DNA of 64,000 nt, from the IMG/VR virus record IMGVR_UViG_3300041405_000060, positions 12,757-76,756 of that record. One strand, given 5' to 3'. The stretch comes from a virus. The notes under the pieces are model-generated. The model ran no database searches, had not been told where the DNA came from, and worked only from the letters and a program-made list of their open reading frames with translations. Shown here in pieces: positions 9,220-18,331 of the stretch. Every line of letters begins with the position of its first letter. Position 1 is the stretch's first letter. The position numbers and the translations under genes were made by a program.

Positions 9220-9516
9220 TTAGAGCGGATAGATAGCTCTAGCGTCATGAGCGACTGGAGGCAATCGGTTTGCACAGAAGAATGGTAGTACTGAACTACG
9301 ATAAGTCATGCACCATTGCTCTAGGGTATAGTCATGATTCGTAAGGAACCAGAAGCGTGCCCATTCAGCGGGGTATTGGTTAATGATCCCATTCATGAAG
9401 ATGGTCATTTCAGGAATGGTAGTAAGCGGGGTGACCATCCGACGATTTAAATCTTCGGCTAGTTCTGGATCGATGGCACGGGTCATCTCGAAGATGAATT
9501 GATTATAGGAAGTCAT
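9220..9516 (-). CDS. Hypothetical protein
   Basis: 98-aa ORF in the minus-strand operon. Confidence 0.6.
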   Translation of the reverse strand: MTSYNQFIFEMTRAIDPELAEDLNRRMVTPLTTIPEMTIFMNGIINQYPAEWARFWFLTNHDYTLEQWCMTYRSSVLPFFCANRLPPVAHDARAIYPL

Positions 9517-9532
9517 ACGTTGGTCCAGTTAA

Positions 9533-9877
9533 CTAAAGCTCTCCGCAATAATTAACTTCTGTTATGTTTGAAAGGAATTTGGTGATAAGGTGCCGGTGAC
9601 AAAATTTACCGGCAGAGCAGTAGCAACCGAATGCAATGTTTTCATGGCTTATCAACCACTCGAAGAATTCTGGATAAGTGAAGTAACGCCACTCCAGCAT
9701 TGCCATGTAGTGAGCTTCATATTGCTCAGGAGTAATGGCATTGGATTTTACGCCCATTACGATCTCCCATGTGGGAGCTAATTGCCACATACCCGATTTA
9801 ACGGTAGTGTCGTAATAAGGGATATTACCAAAGACTAAGTTCTCAAGCTTGCCTAACTGGAATGTGTATACGTTCAT
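9533..9877 (-). CDS. DUF488-like protein
   Basis: LAPTWE...YEAHY...IAFGCYCSAGKFCHRHLI matches the DUF488 LAP..../LxC....CHR pattern. Confidence 0.65.
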   Translation of the reverse strand: MNVYTFQLGKLENLVFGNIPYYDTTVKSGMWQLAPTWEIVMGVKSNAITPEQYEAHYMAMLEWRYFTYPEFFEWLISHENIAFGCYCSAGKFCHRHLITKFLSNITEVNYCGEL

Positions 9878-9880
9878 TTT

Positions 9881-10309
9881 TTAAGTCTGTTGTTGATGTT
9901 CAGGTATGGACCAAGGCCCACCGGTTTTACTATCAATAACGCTGATCGTTTTGTTCTCGCTGTCGTAATTAATCGTTACATTACCTGGTGCTCTGATGGT
10001 TATTTTATTATTCTTATCCGTGTCGATAACGATTATTTGACTATCGCTGTAGTAACGCCCAAAGCCCCCACGTTTAGGTGGTGATGCTGGAGCTCGCGGT
10101 TTGGTAGTAGGTAATGGCTTACGATAAACCCATTCACCTCCACGATAGTTGTTATCCCAACCAGGTTGTCCTTCTTTACCTACAGGACAGAACAAACCAG
10201 TGCATGTGGTTTCTCCATTCTTGAACTTACATCGATGTTTAAACAGCCATTTGAATGGAGCAGTGACCGGTAACAACAGAAAGCGTACAACATCTCCAGC
10301 ATAACTCAT
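9881..10309 (-). CDS. Hypothetical protein
   Basis: 142 aa; ATGA overlap with the upstream small ORF. Confidence 0.6.
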   Translation of the reverse strand: MSYAGDVVRFLLLPVTAPFKWLFKHRCKFKNGETTCTGLFCPVGKEGQPGWDNNYRGGEWVYRKPLPTTKPRAPASPPKRGGFGRYYSDSQIIVIDTDKNNKITIRAPGNVTINYDSENKTISVIDSKTGGPWSIPEHQQQT

Positions 10310-10509
10310 GGATATTTCTCCGGACGCGCTTCACGATAACGTCGAATGAAGTCGGCTCCTTTAGTTGGGTTTCTTTTGCATTTGGGATGTTCGCAATGGA
10401 ACGTAGCAGGTGCATTAACATCACACCTGCAAATGCCAGAGTAAGTTTCGGGCACAATAAGTGCCCTTAACGTAACTAAGTCGAAGAGCTTAAGCAGCAG
10501 CTGCCGCAT
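10306..10509 (-). CDS. Small Cys/His-rich hypothetical protein (67 aa)
   Basis: GGAGG RBS before ATG 10509, inside the uvsX 3' end; CRC...HCEHPKC. Confidence 0.55.
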   Translation of the reverse strand: MRQLLLKLFDLVTLRALIVPETYSGICRCDVNAPATFHCEHPKCKRNPTKGADFIRRYREARPEKYP

Positions 10510-11920
10510 TCTGAACCTCCAGTGGAACGATCTTCGCTTTGTCTTCTTTCGACATCCAGTAAGGCTTGTACTCAAAGCGCAGCATGCGGATCAGGTCCAT
10601 AGTCGACAAGAACTTCTTCTCACAGAGATGTTCGTCTTCCTTAAGCATCCAGTAACCACGAGTGCTCAACAGAACCTCCCAGTCGTAACCCATCTTCACC
10701 AGACCATCGTACAGTTCTTGTGGAGTAGGGATATCCAATTTGCGCTGGAACTGAATCAGCTGCAACATTTCAGATTGGATCTCTACAGCACGACGCAGCT
10801 TTTCATCGCTGTTAAGTTTCTGACGAACTTTGGTACGAGACAGTGCAACGTTTGGACGCAGTTCAACGTAGTAGTTCTGTACGTTACCACCGATACCGAA
10901 ACCGTTCTCTTTGCAGTAGTGGAATTCAGACAGAGCTGGCAACACACCTTCCGATTGAGCAACGATGATTGGGAATGGCAGGTCAGAGATTCCACCTTTC
11001 GAACGCAGGTTCTTAACTTCCAAAATACGGAGGTCAGAGTCACCTTGCATAGCCGTAGCGTTGTCCAACGGATAGATAGGCATCTTATCATTGTTGAGCA
11101 ATGGCTTGTTCGACGTTACGTCGTATACGTTGTTAGGTAGAGAGTAGAAGCCACCCGATACACCTTTCAACACGGTATCTTTCTTCATACCGGTCAGGTT
11201 ACGTTTATCTGTAGGGTACATCTCCATGTTGATGATGTCACCAACGTGAGCAGTCAGAATGAAGTGGGTACCAGTTTTGGCTGCAACTTGTGGAAGCTGG
11301 TTGAACAGTTGGTTCTTAGCTTTACCGTTAGTCATCGCATCGGTGTTGTTCTTGCCGTCACCGATCTTGTTCTTGGCGTACATCTCATCTACAGCAGAAA
11401 CAATGAACTTCGAGAACGAGTCAATGAAAGCTGTGGTAGGTTGCAGACATTCTTTTGGCTTACCATCTTTGTCAGCAAACGGAGTAGTACGTGTGTGGTT
11501 CTTTGGCTCTTTCGCTTTTGCATCCAGAGCTTTACGCAGGGTGAAAAAGAACTCGTCACCGGTGTACTGAGACAAGTCAGTGAACATGAACTGTGGATCG
11601 TCGTTGAAATCGATCGCAGCGATCTCAGGGAAGTGCTGTGCGATGGACGAGAAACGAGCAACTGGATTCAGTGTACCTTCTGTATCGTAGACCATCGAGT
11701 GGGAACCAGGCATGGCACGACGAACCATAGCTAGCATGTAAACACCCAGCGCAGTCTTAAAGTTGTTTGGACGAGATACAATCCCGTTCAACGCACCCAG
11801 ACCACCGTTGAGGATCATCTCCCCATGTTCGCCTTCCTCATAATGGCCAGACGAAATGTCCATCAAACAACCTACGTTAACTGCAGGTCGAAAGGATGGT
11901 TTCTTAAACTCTCCGAACAT
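10490..11920 (-). CDS. uvsX: UvsX/RecA-like recombinase (phiKZ gp152-like)
   Basis: NGGLGALNGIVSRPNNFKT (Walker A-like), YDTE, FIDS (Walker B), ILTAH and VKNLRSK; RBS GAGG. Confidence 0.8.
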   Translation of the reverse strand: MFGEFKKPSFRPAVNVGCLMDISSGHYEEGEHGEMILNGGLGALNGIVSRPNNFKTALGVYMLAMVRRAMPGSHSMVYDTEGTLNPVARFSSIAQHFPEIAAIDFNDDPQFMFTDLSQYTGDEFFFTLRKALDAKAKEPKNHTRTTPFADKDGKPKECLQPTTAFIDSFSKFIVSAVDEMYAKNKIGDGKNNTDAMTNGKAKNQLFNQLPQVAAKTGTHFILTAHVGDIINMEMYPTDKRNLTGMKKDTVLKGVSGGFYSLPNNVYDVTSNKPLLNNDKMPIYPLDNATAMQGDSDLRILEVKNLRSKGGISDLPFPIIVAQSEGVLPALSEFHYCKENGFGIGGNVQNYYVELRPNVALSRTKVRQKLNSDEKLRRAVEIQSEMLQLIQFQRKLDIPTPQELYDGLVKMGYDWEVLLSTRGYWMLKEDEHLCEKKFLSTMDLIRMLRFEYKPYWMSKEDKAKIVPLEVQNAAAAA

Positions 11921-12017
11921 GTTTTTTCCTCGTTGATGTTATAGAGCAATCAATTAATTGAGTTCAAGCGTAATTTTATGTCTAGACTCCAAGAATCATT
12001 AACACAAGGTAGCTACC

Positions 12018-12884
12018 ATGTCTCTCTTTACACGCTATGGTACGAACGAAGTCGTATCTAACGAATCGGCTGATAATGTTCAGATCGATCCAATCCGTCA
12101 GTTCTACGTTGCATGCGAAAGTATTTCCATGGAAGCTGCCGAGATGGGTGCAATCTCCGGTTGGTTCGCACGTATGGGTGCAAACGTTTCTATGTCCATC
12201 AAACGCGGCTTCGAGCTGATGACCACGTTTAACTGGGCACCCCTGACCACGCTGTATCCAAGCAACATGAACACTGTTATGCGCTCGCTGGATTACATGG
12301 AGATTCAATCTACTCCGGTATCCATGCCTCGTGGCTTTACTGGTAACCTGCACGACTACGTGATGGGTATGGCTCCACGCATTGCAACTGCGGTCAATGT
12401 CAAAGCTACTGTTATCGATCCAGCTATTAAACGTCTGGGTTACTACGTCACCAACCCAACTGAACGTGGTGATCGCCGTGACTTCCCAGGTGGGGCTGCT
12501 GATGCCACACAACTCGCTAAGTTCCTGGCTGATGAAGCTAAGTTCTTTAAAGCTGGTAATGACGCAACCACAATGTTCGGTAATCTGTTCTCAAACAACG
12601 CTGAATTCGTTAAAGCTGAATTCCAGATGGTCGAGTACGGTAAGCTGTTGGCTCAGGCCTCCCCAGAACAGGTACGGGCGTCTGTAGAGCAATTGGTAGC
12701 CGTTGCCCAAGGTTTGTTCAAGTCGTTGTCCTCAGAGCGTGACCCAGCCTCTAAGCAACTGATCCAAACAATCGGCAATGAACTTGCTACAGTAGCAAAA
12801 TGGGTAGAATGGTACGCTATTCAAATTACCCGTCTGACCGAAGTCAACCAAGTCTTCGCTCAACTAGAGAAAGAACTCCGCTGA
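12018..12884 (+). CDS. Virion head protein (phiKZ gp153-like)
   Basis: N-terminal SNE/ACE/SME protease-type sites; upstream TATG; synteny. Confidence 0.65.
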   Translation: MSLFTRYGTNEVVSNESADNVQIDPIRQFYVACESISMEAAEMGAISGWFARMGANVSMSIKRGFELMTTFNWAPLTTLYPSNMNTVMRSLDYMEIQSTPVSMPRGFTGNLHDYVMGMAPRIATAVNVKATVIDPAIKRLGYYVTNPTERGDRRDFPGGAADATQLAKFLADEAKFFKAGNDATTMFGNLFSNNAEFVKAEFQMVEYGKLLAQASPEQVRASVEQLVAVAQGLFKSLSSERDPASKQLIQTIGNELATVAKWVEWYAIQITRLTEVNQVFAQLEKELR

Positions 12885-12886
12885 TG

Positions 12887-12922
12887 GCATAAAGGCTTCC
12901 CCTAGGGGAAGCCAATATGTCG
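12887..12922. terminator. Bidirectional hairpin between convergent genes
   Basis: GCATAAA-GGCTTCCC-CTAG-GGGAAGCC-AATATGTCG. Confidence 0.75.
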
Positions 12923-13336
12923 TTATGCGATAACCACAGGTGAAGCACAAATCGCGAACACCCGTTGAATGTCATTACGGAATGTATCTTCATCAGAGTA
13001 CCGCAGCCAGCAAGGGATTGCCTTGCGAATACGATTCCATCCACAGTCCGGGGAGCTTTTGGCTTCATTAAGACTTGGGATGTCCCTTAAACAATGATCC
13101 GCAATGCAAGTAGGGAATTTCAATGCATTAGCGTCACGGACCAAACACATCTGGTCATTCATTGACATTGCTTTTGCATAGCGTTCCCGTACAACATCAC
13201 CGCCGACCCACTTAGAGTGGATAATGGCTAACACACACATCCTTTTAAAATCATTGTCTAACTTAGCGCACCAGCGCAACCCGATTCGTGTAAAGAACCG
13301 GGCAATGACCTTACGGAGAGAGGTTAGTAGTTTCAT
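12923..13336 (-). CDS. Hypothetical protein
   Basis: Likely start ATG 13336 (MKLLTSLRK), just downstream of the RNase H stop. Confidence 0.6.
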   Translation of the reverse strand: MKLLTSLRKVIARFFTRIGLRWCAKLDNDFKRMCVLAIIHSKWVGGDVVRERYAKAMSMNDQMCLVRDANALKFPTCIADHCLRDIPSLNEAKSSPDCGWNRIRKAIPCWLRYSDEDTFRNDIQRVFAICASPVVIA

Positions 13337-13346
13337 GGAATACCCG

Positions 13347-14795
13347 CTATTTAGGTAGAATGAACTGTGTGTACGGACTCTGGTAAATTGCAGAACCTTC
13401 GTCCGTTTGGAACACAGTCGCGTATGTGTAGGCACGAGGCCCAACAGCAATGACCAACACTTCTACCTTCGTATACCCAGCACCAATCCGATTCAGTTGA
13501 TTTCGAGTTGGAATGTCCAACCCCAAGCACAACTTCAAGTCCACTTCTTGCCCGCGGAATTGAATCTTCGGATTAATCGACTCCGTGTTCTGAGTAATCG
13601 ATTTCAGAAGTTGTCGGATCTCTTTCTTTCCAGACGAGACCTGCTCGAAAAATGCGGATGTAATATCAAATGTTTCAACCCCTTCACCCAACTTGCCTGT
13701 CAGGTAATCGTCCAACTGTCGCTGGAGCTGTTGGAAGGTCGCTACGGCATCGTTTGCCCGTCGCGGTGGGTTGAGAGTACGGCTGACCAACTTGTAGTCG
13801 GCTGTGGACAATACCAGAATGTCTGTGTGCTTCGACAACAGATCAGCATTCGCCGTTTCAATACGGTTACGAATCTGAGCGTTGAACACGTTCGACAAGT
13901 TCAAGATCCCGAGTTCCGGGTTATCACTTGGAAAACACGCAGCGTGCATAGCAATCACTTGCTCCAGATAAGCATCTGGTTCGTACGCTTTGTAGACACC
14001 GAATGTTGCTTCGGAGATCGGACGACCAATTAACAGATCAGCTTTGGCTAATTTATCTTTCGGTGTGTCTTGCGGTTTAAAGCCGTAATTATGCATCCGA
14101 CCCAGGCTATACATGTAGTAGTATCCGTCAGGATCTTCTCCAGTATTAAACCCGAACAACAAACGCGATTCCAGAACCAGTGGATTTACCGGTTGCTTCT
14201 TTAGCTTGTTGACCTTTTCGCCTTCTTGTTTGATCTCTACCGGTGCGGCTTTGACTTCATGTCCCGCACCCAACAAAGCGTTCGCATCTGCTTTGTCGTT
14301 ACCCATGTCGTTGGAGTGACCTTTAACCCATAGCAGATCAAGCTTACGCTTCGGTTCTTCCCACGACTTCTTCAGTTCAACCAGACGTTTCCAATAGTCA
14401 ACGTTTGCAACTGGCATCCCATCAGATTTAATCCAATCATTCTTCGCCCACTTTGGAACGTACTGCGTTAGACCCTTACGGACGTACTCGCTATCCATCA
14501 GCATAGTCATCTGTTTCGCAGGTGTCTTTATCGCATATTCAAATGCTCCGATCGCAGCACCAAGTTCCGCTGTGTTATTAGTAGGATTCTTCTCGATTGC
14601 CCCATAAGCATCGATGTATTCAATCACAGACACAGTTTCCGAAGCCGGTACGTCTTTATACCCTTTAGCTGTCGGTTGCTGTTTAGTCGCTGCTTTAGAA
14701 GACATCGCAACGTCGCTATAGGTGTAACCGTGAATGCCCCAACCTGCTTTATTCTGGCGGAATGAACCGTCAGTATAAAGAACAATACCATCCAT
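13347..14795 (-). CDS. rnhA: Ribonuclease HI with long C-terminal extension (phiKZ gp155-like)
   Basis: LYTDGS, TNNTAEL, DSEYV, W.K.DG.PVANVDYW and WVKGHSNDMGNDKADANA; RBS GAGG before ATG 14795. Confidence 0.92.
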   Translation of the reverse strand: MDGIVLYTDGSFRQNKAGWGIHGYTYSDVAMSSKAATKQQPTAKGYKDVPASETVSVIEYIDAYGAIEKNPTNNTAELGAAIGAFEYAIKTPAKQMTMLMDSEYVRKGLTQYVPKWAKNDWIKSDGMPVANVDYWKRLVELKKSWEEPKRKLDLLWVKGHSNDMGNDKADANALLGAGHEVKAAPVEIKQEGEKVNKLKKQPVNPLVLESRLLFGFNTGEDPDGYYYMYSLGRMHNYGFKPQDTPKDKLAKADLLIGRPISEATFGVYKAYEPDAYLEQVIAMHAACFPSDNPELGILNLSNVFNAQIRNRIETANADLLSKHTDILVLSTADYKLVSRTLNPPRRANDAVATFQQLQRQLDDYLTGKLGEGVETFDITSAFFEQVSSGKKEIRQLLKSITQNTESINPKIQFRGQEVDLKLCLGLDIPTRNQLNRIGAGYTKVEVLVIAVGPRAYTYATVFQTDEGSAIYQSPYTQFILPK

Positions 14796-14851
14796 TATGA
14801 TGTCCTCACAAATAAACAAAACTATACTAGATTATTAACCAAGTCAGTCTT

Positions 14852-15247
14852 TTATTTGCAAGAGACTTGCCAATCGCGATGCGCTTTCTCCACACGCTTC
14901 CTTTCGGAATCAACGTGCTTCTCAAGCGTTTTGATATGCGCAGTCAGAATCGCGTCTATGTCTACTTTATCGTCTTGCGCAGGGTCGCTAAATTTTGGCC
15001 TAGGTGGTAGGTTACCGGCGGGCGGTAAACGGAACTCAGTGCATGTTATTTTTGTTGTATCCACTGTGTGTTCGATGATTACCGGCTTCGGTTTAGGAGC
15101 AGAGGTCTCTTTTATTGTTTTCGTTGACACGCTGGAGGTGTTGGAGACATTGCTTGTGTGAGTCTCAGTGATATACACGAAACTTTGTGGTTGGTTTAAA
15201 ACGCAACCGCTGCTCAAAAAGAACAGTAAAAATAGAACATAACGCAT
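14852..15247 (-). CDS. Lipoprotein, candidate outer-membrane spanin (o-spanin)
   Basis: MRYVLFLLFFLSSGC lipobox, Pro-rich middle, C-terminal helix and terminal Cys; RBS GGGAG. Confidence 0.6.
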   Translation of the reverse strand: MRYVLFLLFFLSSGCVLNQPQSFVYITETHTSNVSNTSSVSTKTIKETSAPKPKPVIIEHTVDTTKITCTEFRLPPAGNLPPRPKFSDPAQDDKVDIDAILTAHIKTLEKHVDSERKRVEKAHRDWQVSCK

Positions 15248-15266
15248 GGTTACTCCCATTGGTATT

Positions 15267-15554
15267 TTACTTGAGTAGTTCATCTAATCGCCGACGACGA
15301 CCGTCGAGATCGGTAATTTCATAGGTAGCCTTGAGGTCCTTGAGTTCCCGAGCGATTACATGGTTCTCAGCTTTAACAACATCCAACTCAGTACCCACCC
15401 AGAAGATCGTAGCAAGCATAAGCATGATACAGAACAACATGAAAGTGATGTGCCGGTTTTCCAGCAGTACCTCTTTAATAGCGCGTTCACCGAAGATCGC
15501 ACGTTTGAGGAACGGCCACAAGGAGAGCAAGGCTTGTGTAGTTACGATGACCAT
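15267..15554 (-). CDS. Single-TM protein, candidate inner-membrane spanin (i-spanin)
   Basis: TM segment ITFMLFCIMLMLATIFWVG followed by a heptad-like coil; RBS GAGG; immediately upstream of the lipoprotein. Confidence 0.5.
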   Translation of the reverse strand: MVIVTTQALLSLWPFLKRAIFGERAIKEVLLENRHITFMLFCIMLMLATIFWVGTELDVVKAENHVIARELKDLKATYEITDLDGRRRRLDELLK

Positions 15555-15753
15555 GATTACCTCTAGTCAGTGTTCCAAACTACGCCTACCCGTTAACGCA
15601 CTTTGGCGTTTTTCTATCGCAAGACAGCTTTTAAAACGGTAGACAACTTTCCCATGGGGAAATCCCCACTCTACCATGACGTTTATCGTTAACACAAGCG
15701 GGGCTATCAATTTTATAGATGGATTACCATCGCCCGCTCATGAGGACCGTTAA

Positions 15754-17067
15754 ATGCTTAACTTGAAAGGTTTCATTGGATACCCTTCCATGGTCAGTAA
15801 TATCCCTGACCAAGTCGCGAAGATTGGAGAACTGTCCAAGAACAGCCTCACCTACGCAAAAGACGTAACGACCCACACCAGCACGTCAGTACCGAATACA
15901 GTGTTTTTTTCCTTTCATAGCGTAAGGGATGAAACTGTAGTAGATGTTGATTCAGCAACCAAGGACTTGGTCCTCAAGCTGTCTAAGTATCTGTTGGATC
16001 AGGCCATTGCTGGTGCGATCACTCAAGATCCCCAAGTCGTTCGACAATTGGTATTGGCCGAGTTCGGTCCACTACTGAAAAGCTTCTCTACCGGTAAGAT
16101 GCTTACCAACAATGTTATCTGGATGCCAGAGTACGTTGTGTTTGAGATGTCTGCACCAACCGAAACAAACCGTGTACAACTTTGGTATGCCGATGATAGC
16201 TTCTCGGGTCAGTACGATGAATACTTCATCGAGGTTATTCACCCACTGATTCCGTATGACGATTTCTTCAAAGATCCATTGCTGGTTATTGAAGCACTCA
16301 AAGCTTACAACTTCGATGAGAAGCTAGAAGAAGTACAAGTCAAGCGTGCAGAATACCCGTTCACTAATCTACGGTCATTGACTTACGATTACGTTAACCC
16401 ACGTAACCCGACAATGCGTCAACCAGCTCGCTGGCTTGCATTGCTTTACGGGGTTGCTGCAGACAACCAAGACTTCATCAACGATAAGATCATTGAAGAA
16501 CTGTTGGCCAACTCGACACATACCCGTGAAGAGTGGGAAGCGATTCTCCCTGACCTTTTTAAGAAGACCGAGTTTATCATCACACCTTTCTGGGAAAACT
16601 ATTCCGTAGAGGCAGGTATCCTCGGTGCAGGTTTCTACAGTCCAACAGTTGATCCACGTAAAGAACTTCCGTTACTGCGTCGTACAGCTCGTGGTCCTGG
16701 TTACACACAGGCCTGGGTTGATGCACAGTATGAGATCTCTTCTCACACCTACAAGTCTCTGGCTTTCGGTGTAGTGGGTAACCCACAGAACCGTGAGGGC
16801 ATTGTGCGCTTCTCTAAGAAGTTCCCTGACTATCTGTTGGTGACTAACAACACAGCTGACTTCGACCGTGTTGATCCTTTGACAACTGGTGAATGGATGC
16901 TGCTTTTCGCTAAGCTCCTGAAAGAAGCTGAGTTGATGGACCGTTACACTTCGGTACCGCTGGGTATTTCTCGAATGGTGCGTGACGGTGTGGTTTACGC
17001 ATCGGCTGTTTTCCAACGAGTCAACTATCTGGTTGTAACGAAATCGTCTGTTGAAGAGTTCACATAA
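15754..17067 (+). CDS. Virion structural protein (phiKZ gp157-like)
   Basis: 437-aa ORF, RBS GAGGA, syntenic position. Confidence 0.65.
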   Translation: MLNLKGFIGYPSMVSNIPDQVAKIGELSKNSLTYAKDVTTHTSTSVPNTVFFSFHSVRDETVVDVDSATKDLVLKLSKYLLDQAIAGAITQDPQVVRQLVLAEFGPLLKSFSTGKMLTNNVIWMPEYVVFEMSAPTETNRVQLWYADDSFSGQYDEYFIEVIHPLIPYDDFFKDPLLVIEALKAYNFDEKLEEVQVKRAEYPFTNLRSLTYDYVNPRNPTMRQPARWLALLYGVAADNQDFINDKIIEELLANSTHTREEWEAILPDLFKKTEFIITPFWENYSVEAGILGAGFYSPTVDPRKELPLLRRTARGPGYTQAWVDAQYEISSHTYKSLAFGVVGNPQNREGIVRFSKKFPDYLLVTNNTADFDRVDPLTTGEWMLLFAKLLKEAELMDRYTSVPLGISRMVRDGVVYASAVFQRVNYLVVTKSSVEEFT

Positions 17068-17094
17068 CGCTGGAGCCTTCGGGCTCCACTTATG
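17063..17094 (+). terminator. Hairpin, UUCG loop
   Basis: CATAACGC-TGGAGCC-TTCG-GGCTCCA-CTTATG. Confidence 0.7.
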
Positions 17095-17133
17095 CCCAAT
17101 CTGATGACCCTTCAATTAACAAAGGCTCCGCCA

Positions 17134-17757
17134 ATGACTAGCGTAATCCCGCAAATCGGAATAAAAGGACGCTGGGAAGTTAAATCTCCTTTTGCCACTA
17201 AGCCAGGCCTCCTTTACACACTCGGTGCGATCCGTACATTTATCGACATCGAGAACAACGGCGTAAACGTTTTTGAAACGTATTACGGACCGATGACTAT
17301 TTCCCAAGCTGTGTATAATGATGACCGTCGTAAAGGCGTCATGATTCTTACACTGCTTTCTGACACAGATGCTCCGCTATATATCCCTTCGTCGTTTGTT
17401 ACGTCTTATCCATCATTGGATTCTAAGCCGTACCACCACGTTGTGTTATCAGCAAGCTGTGGTGCTTTACCTGTTACCGCATCTTTAGACTTCTTAGTTA
17501 CCCAGGTAGCTAAAGTAATCTCGGATACGATCGGTGTGGTCCCCACGATCAACATCGGTGTGGTTCCTCTGTTGAGTGTTGTAACTCCAGAAGAACACGA
17601 AACGAATGAAGCTAAGCGTGAGGCTGCGATTTCTAATCGTACAACCGATTACGCTCGTCTCGCTGAAGAACAGCGAAAGAACGCTTTGTTGTCCCAACGC
17701 TTGGCGGTCGCCGAGTCGATCATCAAGAAACTTAAAGACCAAGGTCTGATTCCATAA
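17134..17757 (+). CDS. Phage protein (probable structural)
   Basis: ATG 17134 after AAGG; C-terminal coiled coil. Confidence 0.65.
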   Translation: MTSVIPQIGIKGRWEVKSPFATKPGLLYTLGAIRTFIDIENNGVNVFETYYGPMTISQAVYNDDRRKGVMILTLLSDTDAPLYIPSSFVTSYPSLDSKPYHHVVLSASCGALPVTASLDFLVTQVAKVISDTIGVVPTINIGVVPLLSVVTPEEHETNEAKREAAISNRTTDYARLAEEQRKNALLSQRLAVAESIIKKLKDQGLIP

Positions 17758-17767
17758 CGGAGTTTAT

Positions 17768-18331
17768 ATGTCTCATTTATCACCTAAGAAACTTTCCGCT
17801 CTCCTTGCCAGCCTGGAAGATAGCGATGGCGTTGCCCGCCAAGTAGATGTAACCAATGCAACTGCATCGGCTACTAATGATCACCCAGCTGCTCCTACAG
17901 CTGAAGCTGACTCTAAAGGCGAAGCCGCTACTGCTGCTGATACCGTGAGTGTTGGTGACAGCGATATGATCTCTGCTACCATTCAAGACGAAATCAAGAA
18001 AGGTGAGCAGATCGACCGTGACATGGAAAAGATGGAAGAGGCTAAGGCCGCTTGCGAGCATCACGCTAATGCAGTATCGAATTATATCGATCGCAATGAA
18101 TCGGTTCCCCCATCCCTGGCTGAAGTTATTCAGGTTAGCCTGAAGCGTCATGATCCTAAGTTCTTCGCTAAGACTGTACCAGCGCTGGAATCTTTCTCTG
18201 CCCCTACTGGTCGCATGACTAATTCAATCGAATTGCTGAAGCGTTTGAAAGATGGCGTCACTACACTTAACCTCGGTCTCGAAGCTGCTGCTGCACAAAA
18301 GAGCCAACTGAAAGGAATCAAACATGGCTAA
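17768..18331 (+). CDS. Short inner-head-protein paralogue
   Basis: SLE/ALE/GLE sites; RHDPKFF..TVPALES motif shared with neighbours. Confidence 0.65.
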   Translation: MSHLSPKKLSALLASLEDSDGVARQVDVTNATASATNDHPAAPTAEADSKGEAATAADTVSVGDSDMISATIQDEIKKGEQIDRDMEKMEEAKAACEHHANAVSNYIDRNESVPPSLAEVIQVSLKRHDPKFFAKTVPALESFSAPTGRMTNSIELLKRLKDGVTTLNLGLEAAAAQKSQLKGIKHG

